A DNA stretch of 63,652 bases, counting the filler, from Octopus bimaculoides (lineage: Eukaryota), in assembly GCF_001194135.2 (NCBI RefSeq). It is 7 parts of 6 records of this genome, joined end to end, with 100 filler letters (N's around TTAATTAATTAA, not from the genome) between each part and the next. Parts side by side here need not be neighbours in the genome. Positions count along the whole stretch, not along the records: positions 44,227 to 54,024 come from NC_068995.1; positions 54,125 to 61,286 come from NC_069002.1; positions 61,387 to 63,652 come from NC_068995.1; 4 more parts are not named here. One strand, given 5' to 3'. The position numbers were made by a program, and so were the translations under genes. This document shows positions 51,573 through 63,652 of the stretch, in pieces (within the stretch, counting starts at the first letter, position 1; every line of letters starts with the position of its first letter). The notes under the pieces were generated by a model. That model did not search any database. It had not been told where the DNA came from and worked only from the letters and a program-made list of their open reading frames with translations.

Positions 51573-52358
51573 NNNNNNNNNNNNNNNNNNNNNNNNNNNN
51601 NNNNNNNNNNNNNNNNNNNNNNNNNNNNNNNNNNNNNNNNNNNNNNNNNNNNNNNNNNNNNNNNNNNNNNNNNNNNNNNNNNNNNNNNNNNNNNNNNNNN
51701 NNNNNNNNNNNNNNNNNNNNNNNNNNNNNNNNNNNNNNNNNNNNNNNNNNNNNNNNNNNNNNNNNNNNNNNNNNNNNNNNNNNNNNNNNNNNNNNNNNNN
51801 NNNNNNNNNNNNNNNNNNNNNNNNNNNNNNNNNNNNNNNNNNNNNNNNNNNNNNNNNNNNNNNNNNNNNNNNNNNNNNNNNNNNNNNNNNNNNNNNNNNN
51901 NNNNNNNNNNNNNNNNNNNNNNNNNNNNNNNNNNNNNNNNNNNNNNNNNNNNNNNNNNNNNNNNNNNNNNNATATATATATATATATAACACAAACATAA
52001 ATGCACATATAGATACAAACACTCACACACACTCACACAAACAGTCATCAAACTAGCTATTAAGAATCGACACGATCTGCTTCAGTAGTTGAAATCTCAC
52101 ATAGAGACAGGTTTACCATTAAGTCAGTAAAGCTGACACTAACATCACCAGCTACACCTTTACCGGGCTTGGCTTAACCAGCCAGACTGTCACATTACGC
52201 TGCATACAATTAGCCATTGCCTGTCAGAATGGTCAATTGTCTGTAGAATATGTCAGAATATTCAGAGTTGTCCTGAAATATACCAGACAACGAAAATGTC
52301 TCGATGTGTTTGACGGGCTTGTTAGGAACATCCGTTACATATCCATAAAATGATGATG

Positions 52359-52425
<67 letters not shown>

Positions 52426-52427
52426 TT

Positions 52428-52470
<43 letters not shown>

Positions 52471-52504
52471 CAGTAGTAGTAGTTGTTGTTGTTGTTATTT
52501 CTGG

Positions 52505-52640
52505 AAGGACATAAATCGATTAAACTGACGCCTGTGCAGGACTGGTACGTATTTCATCGACCCTGAGAGGATGAAAAGCAAAGTCGACCTCGGCGGAATT
52601 TGAACTCAGAACGTAAAGTCGGACAAAATTCCGCTAAATG
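52505..52640 (-). mobile_element. SINE family B copy
   Basis: gatgaaaagcaaagtcgacctcggcggaatttgaactcagaacgtaaag. Confidence 0.8.
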
Positions 52641-52964
52641 GTGGTGGTGGTGGTGGGGGGTGATGATGAAGTTTCATTTCATTCGTCTCAGGTTTATCGA
52701 TGATGAGAGGGGCATCACAAGGACAGTGAACAATTTGTGTGGGCATTTACGGAAAAGATGAAAGGAAAAGGAAAAGATGGTGAAATGAGAGAAAGCTAGT
52801 CAAAGTACACAAAATATGTGAACACATTAATCAAGTGACCCCCATAGATCCAGGTGTACAGTGACCAACAATGGTACGAACTCTTACCCAACTTTGTTCT
52901 CCAATCTACAAGTGCATGTTTGGAGAACGAACGTTTACCCTCACCACGTTTTGACGGAGCGTGA

Positions 52965-53322
52965 AAAACTGGATTCTTCACGACGACAATGCACCGTCAC
53001 AGAGTTCTTTTCAGTCGTGAGTTTCTCGCCTATTCGCCAGATTTAAACACTTGCAGACTTCCATTTCTTCTCCAAGATGAAAAAGCAGCTCAAAGTTTGC
53101 CGTTTTGACACCATTGTCGAAATCCAAAGCGAATCGTGGAGAGTCCTCAACCCGCTTACGGAAAACGGCTTCCAGGCCGGATTCCACAAGTGACAAGAAC
53201 ACTGTGACCGGTGCATTGCAGCGCATGGTAACTACTTCGAATGAAATGATGTTAAAACTTGGGTAAATAAGTTCTTTTTATTAAACATGAATAGACCTGG
53301 AGCTTTTTGATACCACTTCGTA
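52965..53322 (+). mobile_element. 3' end of a second mariner element, with TIR
   Basis: WILHDDNAP, PYSPDL(frameshift)ADFHFFSKMKKQLK...DRCIAAHGNYFE*; ends ctggagctttttgataccacttcg|TA. Confidence 0.8.
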
Positions 53323-53971
53323 AATCTGCAATGCTTCTCAAAGAAGGTTGCATCGTTTCATTGGATAATACAGTTAACTCTTTGCCTGTCATGTATGCCA
53401 ATTCTTATTCATAGGATATATTTCTCTGGCATTCATGCATCATATATGATACACATTCCTAATTTTTTCGACCACTGAAGTATCTTGGGACTTCTGAACC
53501 GAAAACTTTATATTTACTCAAATCGTATGAAAAGGCCTGGTTAAAAGTTTGGAAACAAACGTGGACGTTTAGGATAACGCTATGAAAATACTCTGGACAG
53601 GCAAAGGGTTACGAGAAGCTTATGAATATTCGCAACTGCATGGAAAGGGGCCAACAACATCAGACAGGCCCCATTTCTGGCTTACTCCTGCTTTCTTCAA
53701 GATGAATAGTGTCGGTGGGTCTCGTGGTCTCTTTCCGACCCGATTTACGAGAGGTGTTGATCCCCTTAAGCCAGGGTGCCGTGATTTATGGGAAATTTGG
53801 CTGCTATTTCTAGTAGATCAATAATCTGCTTCGAAGTTTGGTCGGCGATTAAGAGGTTGTAAATGCGTAATATGCAAGTCGTGTGTAATAACGTTGTTGT
53901 TTCTCCAAAGCCTTGTGGGTGGATTTGGTAGACAGAAACTGAAAGAAGCCCGTCGCATATATGTATGTATG

Positions 53972-54024
<53 letters not shown>

Positions 54025-54124
54025 NNNNNNNNNNNNNNNNNNNNNNNNNNNNNNNNNNNNNNNNNNNNTTAATTAATTAANNNNNNNNNNNNNNNNNNNN
54101 NNNNNNNNNNNNNNNNNNNNNNNN
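54025..54124. other. Artificial scaffold-join spacer
   Basis: 44 N + TTAATTAATTAA (54069-54080) + 44 N. Confidence 0.95.
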
Positions 54125-54437
54125 ATATATATACCCATATATGCTTATACATATGAATGTATACATATATACTGAATATATATATGTAATTATATAATTC
54201 TACATTTATATGTGTGTGTGCGTGTCTGTGTGTATAAATTTATGTGTGTGTTTGTGTACACATGTTTATATATATGTAACTATATGCATACACGCACACG
54301 GTCGCACACATACACATATATACATACTAATATGTACACACACACGTACACACATACACACACACACATAGATACATATACACACACAGATATATATATG
54401 TGTGTATGTCTTTGTGTGTGTGTGTGTTTCTGTGTGT

Positions 54438-54469
<32 letters not shown>

Positions 54470-55034
54470 TCACACACTCACGCGTGCGTTAAAAGAAAAG
54501 CGTGGATCTAAACGTCTGTAGAAAACCGTATATTTGGAAAGAAAATCGTAAAAAGATTTTTCGTGTCGCACTTCCGTGTTTACCTACCAATTATGGTTAT
54601 ACTGCAATCGACGGATACCAGTTCCATGCCGCTCTTGTGATTCGTGTCAGCCGAAAAGCTAATCTGTAAATACAAGCGAAGTAAATAAAACATTTAATAA
54701 AAGAAATCGAGAACAATAGCTATATAATTTAATCGCTTACGTTACAATCATCTAAGCAGTTCATCCACTGGATGTTGTACATTTGGCAGACTCGGTTGTG
54801 TGGTTAAGACGCTCTCTTAGCAACCACACGGCTCCGGTTTCAGTCCTAATTCGCGGGACTTCAGGTTAGTGTTTGCTATTATAAGTCTGGGCAAACCAAT
54901 GCCTTTTAAATGAATTTGTTATAGGGACATGTATGAAAGCAAGTCGAATATATGTAGATATTTGCTTCAACGACCTACAAGGATATTACTTTGAAAATAA
55001 ATTTGTATTGATATGTCTACTCTGGATGAAATTT

Positions 55035-55185
55035 GTTGTTGCTGTTGTTGGAACTCCGTCGCTTACGACGTCGAGGGTTCCAGTTGATCCGATCAACGGA
55101 ACGGCCTGCTCGTGAAATTAACGTGCATGTGGCTGAGCACTCCACAGACACGTGTACCCTTGACGTAGCTCTCGGGGATATGCAG
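55035..55185 (-). mobile_element. SINE-like repeat family C, better-preserved body
   Basis: ctccgtcgcttacgacgtcgagggttccagttgatccg...ggctgagcactccacagacacgtgtaccc. Confidence 0.55.
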
Positions 55186-55789
55186 AAAATATATAAACAG
55201 ATTTTCAGCGTTACATTCATGTTCTTGTCTTTTTTAAGATCCTGTCTGAAGAAGTAGCTACCCGCCAGCCACGTTAGATTAAAGGTGTTCCTAGTCCTGA
55301 CTTCCTAGCACAACATTATCCAACGAAAAATATTCTGAGGAATATTTCGTTTTTATTTCTTGTTTGGCGAGTGATTAAACGTCGGCTCTTCATTTGTTAT
55401 TGTTGTTTTTGCTGTTGCTGTTACTTCAGCTCTTATTGTTGTTAACGTTGCTGCTGAAGAGGCATAATCGTTAGCGCGTCGGACAAAATGCATTTAGTCC
55501 GTCTTTACGTTCTGAGATCACTTAGGTCGACTTAGCGGTGGATCTTTTTGGTTTGACGGGCGACATTTTTCATTTATGTTTTATGTAGTGTTTTTGGTAC
55601 CGAAACACTTTCAAACTTCGTATACTTGTATATTTTGTGGTATAGAACAGATAAAAAATTTTGTTTTCGAAGTTATTTCATGTTAAAAATTGTCTTATTT
55701 CGATAATTTCAACCAATCCCTGACGTCTATTCAGTTGAATACAGTTACTGTTGTGGCGGTGTATATGGTATTAATCCCTGTTGGTTCTG

Positions 55790-56105
55790 ACATCACTTAG
55801 GTCGACTTAGCCGTTCATCCTTTCGAGATCGATGAAATAAGTACCAGTGAAACACTGGGGTTGATGTAATCGGCTAACTCCTTCCTCTAAGATATATTTC
55901 AATCCCTGTGCCTATAGCAAAAACGTGGCAAACGTGCCATATTGTTAACGCACCGAACAAAATTTTTAGAGGCATTTCGTTCGTCTTTACGTTCTGAGTT
56001 CAAATTCCGCCGAGGTCGACTTTGCTTTTCATCCTTTCAGGGTCGGTAAAATGAGTACCAGTTGTACATTGGGGTCGATGTAATCGACAAGACCCTACCC
56101 TAAAA
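55790..56105 (+). mobile_element. Cluster of SINE family B pieces
   Basis: Repeated gtcgact..catcctttc.gggtc...gtaccag...ggggtcgatgtaatc blocks. Confidence 0.75.
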
Positions 56106-56148
56106 ATATTTAAGGTTTTGGGTTTAGAGTTGAAAGGACTATTATCCT

Positions 56149-56183
<35 letters not shown>

Positions 56184-57025
56184 CTAATGTTGCTGTTATT
56201 GCTTTTGTTGTTGTTGTTGTTTTTGTTGATGGTGGTGGTGGTGGTAGTGGTGGTGGTGGTCGTCGTCGTCGTCGTAGTCGTCGTCANNNNNNNNNNNNNN
56301 NNNNNNNNNNNNNNNNNNNNNNNNNNNNNNNNNNNNNNNNNNNNNNNNNNNNNNNNNNNNNNNNNNNNNNNNNNNNNNNNNNNNNNNNNNNNNNNNNNNN
56401 NNNNNNNNNNNNNNNNNNNNNNNNNNNNNNNNNNNNNNNNNNNNNNNNNNNNNNNNNNNNNNNNNNNNNNNNNNNNNNNNNNNNNNNNNNNNNNNNNNNN
56501 NNNNNNNNNNNNNNNNNNNNNNNNNNNNNNNNNNNNNNNNNNNNNNNNNNNNNNNNNNNNNNNNNNNNNNNNNNNNNNNNNNNNNNNNNNNNNNNNNNNN
56601 NNNNNNNNNNNNNNNNNNNNNNNNNNNNNNNNNNNNNNNNNNNNNNNNNNNNNNNNNNNNNNNNNNNNNNNNNNNNNNNNNNNNNNNNNNNNNNNNNNNN
56701 NNNNNNNNNNNNNNNNNNNNNNNNNNNNNNNNNNNNNNNNNNNNNNNNNNNNNNNNNNNNNNNNNNNNNNNNNNNNNNNNNNNNNNNNNNNNNNNNNNNN
56801 NNNNNNNNNNNNNNNNNNNNNNNNNNNNNNNNNNNNNNNNNNNNNNNNNNNNNNNNNNGAGAGTGTGTGTCTGTGTGTGTGTGTGTGTGTGTATGCGTTT
56901 CTGAGAGAGTGTGTGTGTTTCTGAGAGTTTGTGTGTGTGTGTGTGTGTGCGTGTGTGTGCGTGTGTGTCTGAGAATGTGTGTTCGTGTGTCTGAGAATGT
57001 GTTTGTGTGTGTGTTTCTGAGGGAG

Positions 57026-57065
<40 letters not shown>

Positions 57066-57894
57066 TGTGCGTTTGTGTGTGTCTTTATGTTTGATGTGTG
57101 CTCGTATGTGTATATGATTATATGCGTATGTTCAAGGATGCGTAATAGTGTCTGTCTATGCGTGTATGCGTGTATATGTGTGATGTTTGTGTGTAAATGT
57201 GCGCATTTGTGTATATGTCTCTGTGCGTGTGTATATATATGGGTATGTCTGTACGTCTGTGTCTCTCTACATGTGTGAATATGTGAGGATCTGCATATGA
57301 GTGCGTGCGTGTGTGTGTATATGTGTGTATGATTATGTACATATGTATATGTATGCGTAACTGTGTTTGTGTATGCGTGTGCATATGCATATATATATAT
57401 ATATATATGTATACGTCTATGAGTGCATATGGATATGTACGCGCGCTTGTGTGGATGCACATCTGTGTGCATGTGTGAATTTGTGTGTGTGTGTGTGTGT
57501 GTGTGTGTATAACTTATGTGAGAATGTGTGTATGCATGTATAAATAAATATGTTTCCATATGTATACATATATGTGTGTGCGTCTGTGCGTATGTGTGCG
57601 TTTGTGTACATTTTTATTAACGTCTTACGAATGTATAAACTTCAAGAGAACAGCTCCACGCACTCGATGTCATGTGCAAGACAAGGATTACTAGATTAAA
57701 ACAGATCACAATAAACATCTGTGTATCATAATAAATGCAGAAACAACGCAGAAGGCAAATCAACGGCTGTATTTTTCAGGGGATATCTCCTGTGGACGTA
57801 ATGTGTTTAAACACACAAAACTATATCAGTAGCAGACGACAAAAATCGTACATATTTAGTAAGTGTTTTACACAAATCTGTGTGTGTGTATATA

Positions 57895-58067
57895 TGCTTT
57901 TATTCTTTTGCTTCAGTTATTTGACCGCGGCCATGCTGGAGTCATGCTGGAGCCATGCTGGAGCACCGCTTTCAGTCGAACAAATCGACCCCACGACTTA
58001 TTCTTTGTGAGCTTAGTATTTATTATATTGGTCTTTTTGGCCGAACCGCTAAGTTACACACAAATAT

Positions 58068-58102
<35 letters not shown>

Positions 58103-58385
58103 CACACTATCTTTTATTCTTTTATTCTTTTACGTGTTTCAGACATTTGAATGTGGCCATACTGGAGCACCGCCTTTAGTCGAACAAATCGACCCAAGGA
58201 CTTATTCCTTGTAAGCCTAGTACTTATTCTATCGGTTTTCTTTTGCCAAACCACTAAGTTACGGGGACGTAAACACACCAACATGTAGCTGAAAGGACTT
58301 GTCCAAAGTGCCTCGTAGTGGTACTGAACCCGAAACCATGTTATCAGGAAGCAAACTTCTTACCGCAAACCCTCGCCTTTGCCTG
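57895..58385 (-). mobile_element. Two SINE family A 3' parts and a 5' fragment
   Basis: ggagcaccgcctttagtcgaacaaatcgaccc occurs twice; agttacggggacgtaaacacacc. Confidence 0.75.
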
Positions 58386-59219
58386 ACAGTAAGACAGATA
58401 ACGATATTAAACATAAATGCGCCTGGTATCTTTATATGCCTTCCACGAATGAAAAAGACATCGTTGAAATCTTTTATCTAATAAATAGCAANNNNNNNNN
58501 NNNNNNNNNNNNNNNNNNNNNNNNNNNNNNNNNNNNNNNNNNNNNNNNNNNNNNNNNNNNNNNNNNNNNNNNNNNNNNNNNNNNNNNNNNNNNNNNNNNN
58601 NNNNNNNNNNNNNNNNNNNNNNNNNNNNNNNNNNNNNNNNNNNNNNNNNNNNNNNNNNNNNNNNNNNNNNNNNNNNNNNNNNNNNNNNNNNNNNNNNNNN
58701 NNNNNNNNNNNNNNNNNNNNNNNNNNNNNNNNNNNNNNNNNNNNNNNNNNNNNNNNNNNNNNNNNNNNNNNNNNNNNNNNNNNNNNNNNNNNNNNNNNNN
58801 NNNNNNNNNNNNNNNNNNNNNNNNNNNNNNNNNNNNNNNNNNNNNNNNNNNNNNNNNNNNNNNNNNNNNNNNNNNNNNNNNNNNNNNNNNNNNNNNNNNN
58901 NNNNNNNNNNNNNNNNNNNNNNNNNNNNNNNNNNNNNNNNNNNNNNNNNNNNNNNNNNNNNNNNNNNNNNNNNNNNNNNNNNNNNNNNNNNNNNNNNNNN
59001 NNNNNNNNNNNNNNNNNNNNNNNNNNNNNNNNNNNNNNNNNNNNNNNNGTGTGTATGTATGCATGTATGTATATATTCATATATGTATGTACACACACAC
59101 ACACATATATACGCAGGCACATACAAATATACATTTGATGAACAAACACACTCAGACGCACACCCACCCATAGACCCTCCCTCTCTTCCCCACATGCACA
59201 CACTCTCACTTTCTCTCTT

Positions 59220-59257
<38 letters not shown>

Positions 59258-59489
59258 ATGAGTGTACGCATGCATTCAATTTCGTTATCGTAATACTGGT
59301 GATCTTTGCAAGTTCACGCAGCGACGCCCGGGGCTGGTGCTAGTCCTAATGATGATGTATTAGTTAGCTTTGTTTGTTGCTTGTTGTATTCAGTCAGATC
59401 AGAGCCACCGTATTTAGTTTCTATTGGAGGAAACTAAGAGTCACGTAGTTGTCAATGAGCCGCCATATTGATAAGTCTTAATCAGTGTG

Positions 59490-60105
59490 TATTTGCATGA
59501 GCGCCTTGCGTGTGTGTGTGTGTGTGTGTGTGTCTATGTGTCTATGTGTGTGTATGTGTACGTCAGTGCTTTGTGTACGCGAGTGCTTTGTGTACGCATA
59601 TGTGTGTGTCTGTATGTGAGTGTATTGTGCATGTATGCCCATGTGTATGTATGTGTATGTATTTGCATGAGCGCCTTGCGTGTGTGAGTGTGTGCGTGTG
59701 TCGATGTGTGTATATGTGCGTGTGTGTGTATGTGCGTGTGTGTGTATGTGCGTGTGTGTGTATGTGCGTGTGTGTGTATATACGTGTATGTGTATTTGCA
59801 AGAGTATATTGTGTATGTATGCCTATGCGTGTGTATGTGTATGTATTTGCATGTTCGCCTTGCGCGCGTATGTGTGTCTATGTATGTGCATGTGTGTGCA
59901 TGAACACTTTGTGTGTGTATCTGCATGAGTGCTTTGCGTGTATGCGTGTGTGTGTGTCTATGTATGTTTGTGTGTGCATGAGCGCCTTGTGTTTGTGTGC
60001 ATGAACGCTTTATGTGTGTGTGTATTTGCATGAGTACCTTGTGTATGTGTGTGTATGTGTGCATTAGCATCTTGTTCATGTGTGTGTGTGTACTTGTATG
60101 AGTGT

Positions 60106-60141
<36 letters not shown>

Positions 60142-60220
60142 TATGTGTGTCTATGAATGTGAATGAGTGCTTTGTGTATGTATGTATGTGTGTGTATTTG
60201 CATGAGCATCTTGTTTATGT
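59490..60220. repeat. Compound minisatellite: (GT)-rich spacers with recurring gtatttgcatgagcgccttg motif
   Basis: Motif variants at about 59490, 59660, 59793, 59843, 59917, 59975, 60022 and 60195. Confidence 0.7.
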
Positions 60221-60582
60221 GTGTGTGTTTGTATGAGTGTCTCTTGTGTATGTATGCCCATGTGTATATGTGTGTATGCGCGTGCGTGGGCGTGCATGTG
60301 TACTTCCAAGAGTAGCTGCGTATTTAAGTCTATCTTAGTATGCATGTGTCTGTTTGCGAAAACGTGTTACTATATCTGCATGTATGTATGTGTATATTTC
60401 TGTATCTGCCTCTGTTTGTGAAGATGTGTGACTACGTGTGTGCATCTATGAATGTGTGTGCAAGGGCTCAAGCGCATGTTTGTCTCCGTTCATATATAAG
60501 TGTATGTGTATGAATATTTGTGTCTATTAGTGTGTGTTTGTCTGTGTGTATGTTTGTATGTACTACCGAAGATGGGCATTGT

Positions 60583-60614
<32 letters not shown>

Positions 60615-60623
<9 letters not shown>

Positions 60624-60825
60624 TTTGTTCCCTCATCACCACCTGGCAACCTGTGTTTGTGTGTTTACGTCCCCGTAACATAACGGTTTGGCAAAAGAGG
60701 CCGATAAAATAAGTACTAGGCTTTAAAAAGTAAACCCTGGGGGTCGATTTTTTTCAAGTAAAACCCTTCAAGGCGGTGCTCCATCATGGCCGCAGTCAAA
60801 TGACAGAAACAAGTGAAAGAGAACA
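60615..60825 (+). mobile_element. SINE family A, 3' half
   Basis: gtgtttacgtccccgtaac...aaggcggtgctccatcatggccgcagtcaaatgacagaaac. Confidence 0.8.
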
Positions 60826-61229
60826 GTGACAACTGTAATAGCAACAGTAGGCACAACAATAACAACAACAATAAAAATGAATAACAACAATATTAAAAAC
60901 AACACTAAAAGTACAACAGTAACAATAACTTCATGGTGTTTTTGACTGAACGTCAGCAAATTTAAGTTGAAGGGAGGTGTGATAACATTGAGCCCCAATG
61001 CTCAGCTGAGAGAGCGACAAGATAAGTTCCAGTCCTGAGGTCGATTCAAATATGAAATAGAAGCAGCGCTAGTGTAATTAACACTATCGACCACGTATAC
61101 TTAACGTCGATTTGATTTGAATTTATATGTATTGTCTGCGTTTTAGTTTGCATATACTTGCGTGCATATCATTACGCGTGTGTGAGTGTATATACATATA
61201 TGTATGCATATATATATATATATACATAC

Positions 61230-61286
<57 letters not shown>

Positions 61287-61386
61287 NNNNNNNNNNNNNN
61301 NNNNNNNNNNNNNNNNNNNNNNNNNNNNNNTTAATTAATTAANNNNNNNNNNNNNNNNNNNNNNNNNNNNNNNNNNNNNNNNNNNN
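61287..61386. other. Artificial scaffold-join spacer
   Basis: 44 N + TTAATTAATTAA (61331-61342) + 44 N. Confidence 0.95.
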
Positions 61387-62344
61387 ATATATATATACAA
61401 TTCACTCAACAAGAACTCACTACTTGAATGGACCATAAACAAAATTTGACTTGAAAAGGATTTAGATAATCCTATCAGGTGGTGCTGTTAAGTTAGACAT
61501 GACCTGGACCAATCTTTGGTCGAAACATATCTAAGTTTTATCTTTAAATTTTATACATACATACATACATACATACATACAGGTGTGTGTGTGTGTGATA
61601 TTGTAAGAAGTTTGCTTCTTAACTACATGGTTCCGGGTTCAGTCCCACTGCGTGGTTTCTTCTTCTAAAGCATCGCGGGTCGACTACATCCCTGTGAGTG
61701 GATTTAGCTGACGGAAACTGAAAGAATCCCGTCGCGTGCATGTATCTTCACATGTATACAGATTATCATGTATCATGAATTAAAATCTTTACAGAGTGGG
61801 CAAAATAATCTGTCGCTTTTTGTCACGCTAATGGAGTACGGTGTTTTCAGTTTGATACGACGAGGAAACCTCCAAGCAGTTTCTCATCTTGCCTGAAAAG
61901 AGCAGTCAAATATCTCTCGTGTGAATTTATTGTTAAAAATTCAGAGAAATTTGAAATATAACCATCATAGACACCCTGAATAAATTTAAGAGTAATAGCC
62001 TTAATGAGAACACTTGATCATAAGATCTATTCAATGATACTTCGAGGAGGGTTAAACAACAATGTCCACAACGACAACGACATAATCCAATGTTAGAAAA
62101 AGAGAAGGCTTGCAATTTATTTTAACAGAATCAAAGATTCAATTTTTTTTTTTTTGTACAGAAACAAGCAAGTGGGTCATGGCAGTTCTATTTACCTACA
62201 TATATTACCAGTACTTCGGATATCACTGGTATAGGATCTGAAATGATAATATTGTGGAACAAAAATCAAATGCGGTAAAGTACATATTCCGCTACTCGAC
62301 TACTGTCGACTCCAGCTCGGAAACTCGGTCCTTCATTTTCGTTT

Positions 62345-62714
62345 GGTGGTACGGTAAGAAGTTTGCTTCCCAACCACGTGACTCTGGGTTCAGTTCCACC
62401 GTGTGGTACCTTGGCCAAGTGTCTTCTACTATATAGCTTCGGACCGATCAAAGCTTTGTTAGTGGATTTGGTAGATGGAAACCGAAAGAAGCCCGTCGTA
62501 TATACACACACACATATGTGTGTGTATTTGTGTCTGTGCTTGTCCTCCGCCACTGCTTGGCAACCTGTGTTTGTTGGTTTACGTAACTCAGTGGCTCGGC
62601 GAAAGGGACAGAATAAGTACCAGGTCTAAAAACAATAAGTACTGGAGCCGATTCGTTCGACTAAAATTTCTTCAAGCTGGTGCCCCAGAATGGCCGCAAT
62701 CTAATGAGAAACAG
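62345..62714 (+). mobile_element. Full-length SINE family A copy
   Basis: Head ggtacggtaagaagtttgcttcccaacc...gggttcagttcc and 3' body gctggtgccccagaatggccgcaatc. Confidence 0.8.
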
Positions 62715-63140
62715 TACACACATATCTCCATCACATGCTTGTTTTCTGTATCTGAACAGAAGACAAAACAAAAATGAATAAATAAAACATGATGGCCTGT
62801 TTTCTTTTGCCAAAAAAAACAAAACAAAACGTATTAAAGCGGTCTTGCTCCCTTGCCGTTTTATAAAGGGTTCTTAATGACGATATGAATACGTTTATGT
62901 GTTGCTAACATTTCCCATGGGGGCTCTGTTTTCCAGTTGTCTTGCTGCTCTCGAATTTTCCTGAAAGATTAAGGCGTNNNNNNNNNNNNNNNNNNNNNNN
63001 NNNNNNNNNNNNNNNNNNNNNNNNNNNNNNNNNNNNNNNNNNNNNNNNNNNNNNNNNNNNNNNNNNNNNNNNNNNNNNNNNNNNNNNNNNNNNNNNNNNN
63101 NNNNNNNNNNNNNNNNNNNNNNNCGTGAGTTACCCCTGTC

Positions 63141-63177
<37 letters not shown>

Positions 63178-63575
63178 GATATATATATATATAAAGAGAG
63201 AGAGAGATAGACAGATAGAGGGAGAGGGAGAGAAAGAGGGGAGAGAGAGAGGGGGGAGAGACAGAGGGGGAGAGAGAGAGAGAGAGGGAGAGTGTGTGTT
63301 TCTTAATATCCATGGGAGACTTAATTGCAAAATTCAAATTGTGTTGACATAAATGAGTTGAAGAGAAATTAAAAATAGATGGAAAAAACGGAAAAATACG
63401 ATTACATCCTCCCAAAGAAAGTAATTCTAACACCCCCACCACCACCACGCATTCGTATATGATTAATTATGTTCTATTTTTTTCTTCTTTTTTATTAAAC
63501 TATTAAATGTGGCAGTTAGTATAGCTGAGGAAACCCCCCAAAGAGTATGAAATTAATACAAATACGTACACTAAT

Positions 63576-63624
<49 letters not shown>

Positions 63625-63652
63625 GCGCGTATCTGTATTACACATACATACA

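Noticed and set aside
57780-57797. 18-nt in-frame micro-exon candidate (GISPVD)
   Set aside because: Weak donor (GTAATG), no gene context in this segment, and expected by chance.
61790-62130. TACAGAGTGGGCAAAATAA Tc1-like end followed by non-repetitive sequence
   Set aside because: No matching opposite TIR or clear transposase motif was found.

Overview
Eukaryotic, AT-rich, microsatellite- and SINE-dense draft genomic DNA. The repeat families look cephalopod/Octopus-like, but that is inference. The window is not one contiguous locus: six artificial 100-bp spacers (44 N + TTAATTAATTAA + 44 N) join seven separate segments, and there are many other N gaps. The only well-supported host gene lies in segment 1 (1-15710). 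It consists of eight exactly 72-nt, phase 2-2 exons on the + strand (2046-15237), each encoding one 24-aa extracellular-type leucine-rich repeat. The ORF track misses it completely. The exon+intron units are tandem duplicates of one another. Three also carry a shared dead-exon remnant. Amino-acid changes cluster at the ligand-facing LRR positions, and every exon-exon combination stays in frame with Leu at the junction. This is the best candidate for an undescribed diversifying LRR-receptor cassette system. The rest of the window is mobile DNA: a full-length Hsmar1-like mariner with TIRs and TA TSD, a second mariner 3' end, a 136-bp palindromic MITE, a Chapaev3-like transposase, R4/Dong-like fragments abutting (TAA)n, RTE and Penelope-like fragments, several tRNA-derived SINE families, and three minimal hammerhead-ribozyme-like motifs, none fully canonical. 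Nearly all listed ORFs are microsatellite or N-gap artefacts. No rRNA, true tRNA gene or CRISPR array is supported.
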